Shown piece after piece: positions 25,078-31,360 of a DNA stretch of 34,051 nt (position 1 is the first letter of the stretch; the number at the start of each line of letters is the position of its first letter). The notes below the pieces were generated by a model. The model searched no databases, had not been told where the DNA came from, and saw only the letters and a program-made list of their open reading frames with translations. The DNA lies in contig MGMR01000111.1 in NCBI GenBank assembly GCA_001796495.1, forward strand, positions 1 to 34,051, given 5' to 3'. Source of the stretch: Chloroflexi bacterium RBG_13_51_18 (GTDB taxonomy: Bacteria; Chloroflexota; Dehalococcoidia; Dehalococcoidales; RBG-16-60-22). A program made the position numbers and the translations under genes.

Positions 25078-25373
25078 TGAGTTTTCAAGAGAAATCCCTT
25101 ACATGTGCTGATTGCGGCGCTACCTTTACGTTCAGCGCCGAAGACCAGGAATTCTTCCAGTCTAAAGGCTATACCAATGAGCCTAAGCGCTGCCCAGAAT
25201 GCCGTCAGTCAAGGAAAGCCGAGCGTTTCGGCGGCGGGTTCGGTGCCAAACGCCAGATGTTCCCCGCCACCTGCGCCCAGTGCGGTAAAGCTACCGAAGT
25301 ACCCTTCGAGCCCCGCGGCGACAAGCCGGTTTACTGCAGCGATTGTTTCCGCAAAACCAGATCAGGCAGGTAA
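25077..25373 (+). CDS. Small double zinc-ribbon protein (CxxC...CxxC plus C-terminal CxxC-x17-CxxC)
   Basis: 98 aa, GTG start with a strong GAGGAGG SD. Motifs are CADC-x25-CPEC and CAQC-x17-CSDC. The gene has its own promoter-like site and an intrinsic terminator. Confidence 0.8.
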   Translation: MSFQEKSLTCADCGATFTFSAEDQEFFQSKGYTNEPKRCPECRQSRKAERFGGGFGAKRQMFPATCAQCGKATEVPFEPRGDKPVYCSDCFRKTRSGR

Positions 25374-25394
25374 ATCCTTTATAATCTAGTTTTC

Positions 25395-25427
25395 GACCGG
25401 GTCGGGCAACCGACCCGGTTCTTTTTC
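25395..25427 (+). terminator. Rho-independent terminator
   Basis: An 11-bp stem pairs GACCGGGTCGG (25395..25405) with CCGACCCGGTT (25410..25420). The loop is the tetraloop GCAA, followed by CTTTTT. Confidence 0.7.
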
Positions 25428-25450
25428 CCCATTAATCATCAGCGCAAAGA

Positions 25451-26245
25451 CTAATTTGGGTTTCTCGGCGCCGCCCCGCCCGGGCCCGTTGGCGCGGAAA
25501 CCTCGAGCACCTGCCCTGAAAGCTTAGCGGAAACATCGGATACTAAGAACGCTACCGTATAGGCGATATCCTCCGGAGTGGTCGTCTTGCCTGCTTTGGC
25601 CAGTGCTTCCACGATTCCCGCCATGCGCGGGTCGTTCCCGCTGACCCGGTGGAAATTAGTAGCGCCCGGCCCCGGGGCAATAATATTGATGTTTATCCCC
25701 GAGGCGCCTACCTCGCCGGCCAGCGTCTTGCTGAACATAACCGTTCCTGCCTTGGCTGCCACGTAGCTAGCCGCCCCGGCCAGACCCGTCGGCTGGTGCG
25801 CCGCATGCGTGGAAAAATTCACAATCTTGCCGTACTTCCGCTCCAGCATATGCGGCAGCACCGCATGGGTAAAGTTCATCGTCCCTCTCAAATTTATATC
25901 TATGTCCATGTCCCACTGTTCGGTGTTCGACTCTACGAAAGGCCGTAGGCCGCTGGCGCGACCGGCGCAGTTCACCAGTATGTCTATCCTCCCGAATTCC
26001 GACAGTACTTTATTTACCACAGCGTCGACTTCCGCTCTTCTGGTTATATCTGCTTTGAATGCAAGGACCTTACGACCCGGCGCCCGGATATCGCTTGCCG
26101 TCTGCTTGGCGCCTTCCAGGTTTGCGTCAACGCTGATGATATAGCAGCCCTCTTTAGCCAGCATCAAGGCGATTCCCCTGCCGAAACCTATCTGGCTGCC
26201 GGTGCCGGTAACAATCGCCACCTTATCTTTCAATTTCAAGTCCAT
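25451..26245 (-). CDS. SDR-family oxidoreductase
   Basis: 264 aa with a TGTGSQIGFGRG cofactor motif and YVAAK at the active site. Confidence 0.9.
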   Translation of the reverse strand: MDLKLKDKVAIVTGTGSQIGFGRGIALMLAKEGCYIISVDANLEGAKQTASDIRAPGRKVLAFKADITRRAEVDAVVNKVLSEFGRIDILVNCAGRASGLRPFVESNTEQWDMDIDINLRGTMNFTHAVLPHMLERKYGKIVNFSTHAAHQPTGLAGAASYVAAKAGTVMFSKTLAGEVGASGININIIAPGPGATNFHRVSGNDPRMAGIVEALAKAGKTTTPEDIAYTVAFLVSDVSAKLSGQVLEVSAPTGPGGAAPRNPN

Positions 26246-26319
26246 GAGTCTCTCCTTTTCCGTGTGTCATTACAATACGGTAGAAAATGGATAATATGTA
26301 TTATATACTTTAGCGAAAG

Positions 26320-26877
26320 ATGAAAAAAGCGACCATGAAAATAATTGGCGTTTGCGGCTCGCCGCGTAAAGGCAACTCCGAGTGGATGCTGGCGAAGCTT
26401 TGTGAAGAGCTTTCCCGTCGCGGTGCCCAAGTTGAAGTGCTGCTCCTGCGTAAAATGGACATTAAAATGTGCCGCGGCTGCCTTGCCTGTGAAAAAGGCG
26501 GCAAAAAGCGCAAGGGCGACTGCGTTTTAAAGGATGACATGGCGGGTGTATACCCCAAGCTGATAACGGCGGATGCTATTGTACTGGCTACGCCGGGCTA
26601 CATGGAGATGCTTTCCGGTCTGCTCAAGAATTTCCTCGACCGCACCTGCGCCGTCTGGCCGCGACTGGAGGGCAAGCGCCTCGCCGGACTGGCTGTCGCC
26701 GAGGAAGGCATCGGCCAGACAATCATGAATCTAAAAGGCTACGCCAAACTCTGTAAAATGCACTGGATGGGCAGCGTGGCCGTTCTCGCGAAAAACCCCG
26801 CCGACGCCGCCCGTATACCCGGCCTTGAAAGACGCCTTAAACGCCTGGCAAACAAGATAATCTTTGATGATGTCTAG
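26320..26877 (+). CDS. Flavodoxin-like FMN reductase family protein with Isf-like Cys cluster motif
   Basis: 185 aa. It has MKIIGVCGSPRKGNS (NADPH-dependent FMN reductase-like) and a compact motif, C51-x2-C54-x2-C57-x10-C68. The start is uncertain (26320 or 26335). Confidence 0.75.
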   Translation: MKKATMKIIGVCGSPRKGNSEWMLAKLCEELSRRGAQVEVLLLRKMDIKMCRGCLACEKGGKKRKGDCVLKDDMAGVYPKLITADAIVLATPGYMEMLSGLLKNFLDRTCAVWPRLEGKRLAGLAVAEEGIGQTIMNLKGYAKLCKMHWMGSVAVLAKNPADAARIPGLERRLKRLANKIIFDDV

Positions 26878-27840
26878 CTATTTACTAGGTGCCGGCGGTG
26901 CGGGTGGCCGCTGTCCCATTTGTATGCGCTTGCCGTCCGGCCCGAAGAAGCTGCCTTCCCAGCCTTCCGCAACAGTGCCCGCCCCGAGCATAATCGCCAT
27001 TTCAATATGTGGGTGGCGGTATTTGTGCCAGATTAGCGGTCCATGTAATACGCCTTTGGGTATCCACATGCCAAAGCTCGTGTCGAAGACTAATTTGTCG
27101 TCACCCATGTCGAACTCCAGGTCAACCCCCAGGCTTTCTGGGTTTTTCGGGTCGCCGCCGATATGGAGGACTATCTCATCCAGTTTATCGTGCACCATCT
27201 TGGGTAATGACGGTTCCACAAGGCCATATATCCAGCCCCACTCGATATAAGTGTTAGCTACGCCTATCTGGGTGCGGCTCATGTAGGTCATTGTTGGCTG
27301 TTGGCGGTTTTTTTGGCCTCCCCCCGCCTCGCGCATCGGGCTGCGAATAACGTACTGCTCGTAATCAAAGTCCTTGGTCTTTTTCGACGGCTTTTTGTTG
27401 CCGCTCGTGATGTCTTTGCCCCAGGCTTTTGCTGGGTCTCCGGTGCCCAATATAAAAGCCATCTGGACATGGGGGTAATCGAACTTCTTCCATGTAACAG
27501 GACCGTGGGGTGTGCCTTTCGGTATGTACATGCTTGTGGTTGTGTTAAAGGTGATTGGCTGCCCGCCGATGTAAAACTCTACTTCGGCACCGAGTACTTG
27601 CGGCTGTTTGGAATCGCCGCCGTAAAAGAGGAGGATTTCATCATAATCATGCACATGTTCCATGACATGCGGGTTCGGCTCTGGGATACCGTATATCCAC
27701 CCCAGCGTAATATAATAAGGCGCCCCTGTCTGCTTTTCGCTCATGAAGGTCATTGTGGGACTCTGGCGATTTTTAACCCCGGGCCCCGCCTCGTAAATGG
27801 GCTTCCTAACGGCATATTTTTCATTGACTGATTCTGCCAT
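26878..27840 (-). CDS. Two-domain cupin-like (bicupin) protein of unknown function
   Basis: 320 aa. Residues about 8-140 and 160-300 are clear internal repeats. Domain 1 has H62-x-H64-x3-E68-x6-G plus P-x-G-x2-H112. Domain 2 has M215-x-H217-x4-E222 and H266. Confidence 0.8.
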   Translation of the reverse strand: MAESVNEKYAVRKPIYEAGPGVKNRQSPTMTFMSEKQTGAPYYITLGWIYGIPEPNPHVMEHVHDYDEILLFYGGDSKQPQVLGAEVEFYIGGQPITFNTTTSMYIPKGTPHGPVTWKKFDYPHVQMAFILGTGDPAKAWGKDITSGNKKPSKKTKDFDYEQYVIRSPMREAGGGQKNRQQPTMTYMSRTQIGVANTYIEWGWIYGLVEPSLPKMVHDKLDEIVLHIGGDPKNPESLGVDLEFDMGDDKLVFDTSFGMWIPKGVLHGPLIWHKYRHPHIEMAIMLGAGTVAEGWEGSFFGPDGKRIQMGQRPPAPPAPSK

Positions 27841-28010
27841 TTTTATAATCCCTTCTGTATTGAAATCTATCGTTTTTTCTGCCTGATTAATGACAGTATT
27901 GTATCACACATGATATAATTTCGCTAGCAAACTGGTAAGTCTATCGGCGTATCCCGGAATGAAAATTTAGCGGCGATAGTCTATAATAGCAGAAAAGTCG
28001 ATTTATAAGA

Positions 28011-28484
28011 ATGGGCAGGGCGAATCCGGGCTTCAATCCATACGTTCATGACGATGATGTTGATTTCAACTTGTGGCGTTTTCTCAATCATACCGCGTTC
28101 ATGATAAACCGCTCCCGCCAGAAGGAATTAGCGCAATACGGCGTTACCCCGGAACAGGCCCAGGTACTGGACATTCTGCACCAGGGCCGGGGCATGGCTA
28201 CGATTAGTGATATCGTCAATATAACGCTACGCCAGCACCATTCCATTTCCACGCTGGTAAGCCGGATGGCGATGCAGGGACTGGTAAAAAAAGTCAGGAA
28301 CGCTTCCGATGCCCGCCGCTATAACGTCACTATCACGGAAAAAGGAAGGGCGCTGTTCCGGGCCATCACCAGGGACTCCATAACGGAGATATTTTCCTGC
28401 CTTTCCGAGCGCGACCGGCAAGAACTGGACAAAGGACTGAAAAAACTGATGGAAAAAGCCTACCGGGCGCTGATTAAACAGTAA
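28011..28484 (+). CDS. MarR-family transcriptional regulator
   Basis: 157 aa. The winged-helix core is GVTPEQAQVLDILHQGRGMATISDIVNITLRQHHSISTLVSRMAMQGLVKKVRNASDARRYNVTITEKG. Confidence 0.85.
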   Translation: MGRANPGFNPYVHDDDVDFNLWRFLNHTAFMINRSRQKELAQYGVTPEQAQVLDILHQGRGMATISDIVNITLRQHHSISTLVSRMAMQGLVKKVRNASDARRYNVTITEKGRALFRAITRDSITEIFSCLSERDRQELDKGLKKLMEKAYRALIKQ

Positions 28485-28541
28485 CGTAAGTATTTTATAT
28501 TTACGATTGGAAATTTAAAAATGAAACCGGAGGGTCGTTTA

Positions 28542-29804
28542 ATGGTTCGTAATGAAGATGAAGGTAAAACTCCCAGGCAGCAGCGCAAAGAACGTGAAAA
28601 AAGAATCATGGATGCTATTCAGCTCAAGCCAACAGACAGGGTGCCGGTTATTTCCTCCATCGGCTATTTCGCTGCCAAATATGCCGGCATACCCTGTTCC
28701 GCCGCATACTATGACTATGATGCCTGGTATGACGCTTATCAAAAGACGCTGCGGGATTTCAGGCCGGACTTTATCTACCAGCAGAACTTTACGCCGGGTA
28801 AAGCCCTGGAAATTTTGAATCCCAAAACGATGCGCTGGCCGGGCCACGGCGTCGATCCATACCAGGGACACCAGTCTATCGAAGTCGATAACATGAAAGC
28901 CGATGAATACGACCTATACATGAATGATCCTTCCGATTATATGTTCCGGACTTTCCTGTCCCGTACCAGCGACCACATGGAAGGCCTGGCTTTACTGCCC
29001 CGGCTGTCCGACCTGGGAGGAGGCCCCATGGGCATACAGATGATGGCAAGAGCTTTTTCCGAACCTAAAGTTGCAAAAGCTATCCGTATCCTCCAGCAGG
29101 CCGGTAAAGAAATGAGAAAATGGGACTCCAAAATAGCTAAATTTAATAAAATGGTGCGGGATATGGGCTTCCCAGAGTATTTCCAGGGCGCGGCCATGCC
29201 CCCCTTCGATGTCCTTTCCCACTCCATGCGCGGCATGCACGGCACGATGATGGATATGTTCCGCCAGCCGGATAAGCTTATCGAGGCCTGCGAATTTATT
29301 CTCAAGAAAACGCTGGAAAGACCGATACCCAAGCCCAGCGAGAACGGCTATACCAGGATTTTCATGACCAATACCCGCGGCTCCGACGACTTTTTATCGA
29401 TGAAGCAGTTCCAAACCTTTTACTGGCCTACCTTTAAAAAGCTGGTCATGGCGCTTATCGAACGGGGGCATTTCCCCTGTATCTTTTTCGAGGGTAATTT
29501 TACCTCCAGACTTGAGTACCTGCTGGAGTTCCCCAAAGGCAAAATGCTGGCGCGTTTTGATACTACCGATATATACAGGGCCAAAGAAATCCTTAAAGAC
29601 CATATCTGCATCGAGGGCAATGTGCCGTCTTCTTTATTGCAGGTGGGCACGGTGCAGCAGGTGAAAGACCACTGTAAAAATCTCATCGATGTCTGCGGCA
29701 AGGGGGGTGGCTATATACTTTCGCCCCGCTCCTCCACCGACGAGGTCAATCCCGCCAACCTGAAAGCCATGATTGAGTTTACTAAAGAGTACGGCAAATA
29801 CTAG
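28542..29804 (+). CDS. URO-D family corrinoid-dependent methyltransferase, paralogue of 7650..8990
   Basis: I prefer the ATG at 28542, which has GGAGGG 7 nt upstream. The protein is collinear with the first paralogue over its full length (DRVPVISSIGYF.., WPGHGV, MDMFRQP, FYWP, FDTTD, GKGGGYIL). Confidence 0.8.
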   Translation: MVRNEDEGKTPRQQRKEREKRIMDAIQLKPTDRVPVISSIGYFAAKYAGIPCSAAYYDYDAWYDAYQKTLRDFRPDFIYQQNFTPGKALEILNPKTMRWPGHGVDPYQGHQSIEVDNMKADEYDLYMNDPSDYMFRTFLSRTSDHMEGLALLPRLSDLGGGPMGIQMMARAFSEPKVAKAIRILQQAGKEMRKWDSKIAKFNKMVRDMGFPEYFQGAAMPPFDVLSHSMRGMHGTMMDMFRQPDKLIEACEFILKKTLERPIPKPSENGYTRIFMTNTRGSDDFLSMKQFQTFYWPTFKKLVMALIERGHFPCIFFEGNFTSRLEYLLEFPKGKMLARFDTTDIYRAKEILKDHICIEGNVPSSLLQVGTVQQVKDHCKNLIDVCGKGGGYILSPRSSTDEVNPANLKAMIEFTKEYGKY

Positions 29805-29867
29805 TGGAATAACCAAGATACAAGATACAAATTACAAACAATGACCAATAACCAATTTCCAAAGATG

Positions 29868-29897
29868 AGGGCGGGCTAAAAACCCGTCCTTTCTATT
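29868..29897 (+). terminator. Probable intrinsic terminator
   Basis: An 8-bp stem pairs AGGGCGGG (29868..29875) with CCCGTCCT (29883..29890), with one G-U pair. The loop is CTAAAAA, followed by TTCTATT. Confidence 0.5.
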
Positions 29898-30041
29898 AGC
29901 TTTGATTCGTTTTGTAAAAATGGCATTTTTTTAAAATTTTGTCTCATAGCTAATACGATTTGTTTTGTAGCTAAAATTATTGTTTGTTTTTTGATTGAAT
30001 TCATCATTTTAGCTATGATTCGTTCCGTTAATTTGTTTTGT
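29897..30041 (+). repeat. Degenerate direct repeats (TAGCT ... GATT(C)GTT / TTTGTTTTGT) in an AT-rich gap
   Basis: TAGCT occurs at 29897, 29947, 29968 and 30010. TGATTCGTT occurs at 29903..29911 and 30016..30024. TTTGTTTTGT occurs at 29959..29968 and 30032..30041. Spacing is irregular. Confidence 0.35.
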
Positions 30042-30171
30042 TTTTCCTGTGTATCATGTTTTTTTTAGGAAGCAGCGGGTAAAAGTCCACACTACGCGCC
30101 TACCAGTATAAGAGGTAAGAAGCGAAATTGTAAAGGGAATTTTGTCACTACCGGCCTATCCCTTTTTATTT

Positions 30172-31218
30172 CTATTCTTCAGCCCGTTTCAACACCCGCA
30201 GCGCTCTCAGGGTTACCCATTTGTTGGGCTTGTTCATAGAACCGTATTTCACCCACATTTTATGATTATTATCAATAAACTCTAACGGCCATCTGCCATC
30301 CTCATCCTGCTTGCCCCGGATATAGTCCAGCGTGTTAGCCAGCCTGGGGTCGTTGCCGTATCCCAGCCCGGTTAGTGCCTCCGCAATCTGGAGGATATCC
30401 GCCCCCCAAAACGAAGGGAACCTGAATTGCCACCACCTTTTATCCGGCACGCCCGTCCTGTGGCCGGGAAAACCGGCCGTCGAGGGATCGACACTTAAGA
30501 AAAAATCTTCTCCGATTTTGATAGCACGTTCAACCAGACCAGTCCGACGTTCAACCGGAAGACGGGAAAATGCCAGCATTATCTTCACTCCTGCCCAACC
30601 GCAGGGCAGAAATTTATTCGTACGGCAAGCAAACTGCGGACCGAACCGTTTTAAGTCACGGAACGGGCCCGGACCGCCCTCCGCAGCATCCAGACCATCG
30701 CTGTTTAATTGCCTGGGTAAATCCTCATAAATTACGGTCCGTGCCATCCACTCGTAGGCGGTATTCAATCTATCGTCCCTACACCCTATATCCATCAATG
30801 AGGTCAACATGTTACCCTGCAGGCAACCAGCCGTACTTACAGGATTCCCGCTCCCAGTAAACTGACCTCCTCTGGTTAAGGCATGTTCCAGATAGTAGAA
30901 ACAGGCGGTAGCGACGCGTTCATCCTCCTCGATAGAGGCGCCCAGTTCCGCCAGCGAGATAACGGACCAAACCGTGCCATGGCATTTAGGCGAATAGCCC
31001 GATCCCGGTTTTACCCAGTAGCCTTCCGGGTTCATTTCCGCCAGTATTTTAGCAATCGGTCCCTCCCGGTGGGCTTGGCGACTGGCGGCTTTTATTTCTT
31101 TCTCGTCGGCGTCAACTATATCACGCAGCGCAAGGTATCTTACCCCGGGGTCGTCCGGCTCCAGCAGCCAGTCGGTTGGGTCTGCCTTCAATTGCTTTTT
31201 CCAGTCCCGTTTTCCCAT
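30172..31218 (-). CDS. Hypothetical protein, probable alpha/alpha-toroid (prenyltransferase / squalene-cyclase repeat-like) fold
   Basis: 348 aa. A QW-like motif (RGKQDEDGRW) lies near the C-terminus. Repeated Gly/Trp-rich segments include PEGYWVKPGSGY, GGQFTGSGNP and CGWAG. The function call is weak. Confidence 0.6.
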   Translation of the reverse strand: MGKRDWKKQLKADPTDWLLEPDDPGVRYLALRDIVDADEKEIKAASRQAHREGPIAKILAEMNPEGYWVKPGSGYSPKCHGTVWSVISLAELGASIEEDERVATACFYYLEHALTRGGQFTGSGNPVSTAGCLQGNMLTSLMDIGCRDDRLNTAYEWMARTVIYEDLPRQLNSDGLDAAEGGPGPFRDLKRFGPQFACRTNKFLPCGWAGVKIMLAFSRLPVERRTGLVERAIKIGEDFFLSVDPSTAGFPGHRTGVPDKRWWQFRFPSFWGADILQIAEALTGLGYGNDPRLANTLDYIRGKQDEDGRWPLEFIDNNHKMWVKYGSMNKPNKWVTLRALRVLKRAEE

Positions 31219-31360
31219 ATCATTCTCTCCCAGCTATATTTCGCCGATGCCGAAATTATATCATAACTATGTAAAAAATCCCCTCCCTGTGTTTATATAA
31301 AAATGGATTATGCTTTTTTCCGTATCCCCCCCTTTGTGCTAACATTATATTAAGGGTTAT

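Noticed and set aside
26875-26880. Abutting convergent stop codons forming TAGCTA (also a 3-nt gap at 5724/5728 and a 15-nt gap at 16219/16235), with no room for terminators
   Set aside because: This is a real observation but probably just genome compaction. Convergent read-through cannot be assessed from sequence alone.
29897-30041. Possible CRISPR array or iteron set in the AT-rich gap
   Set aside because: The repeats are short (5-10 nt cores), degenerate and irregularly spaced (about 50, 21 and 42 nt). No cas genes are present, so this is not a CRISPR array. I kept it only as a low-confidence repeat region.
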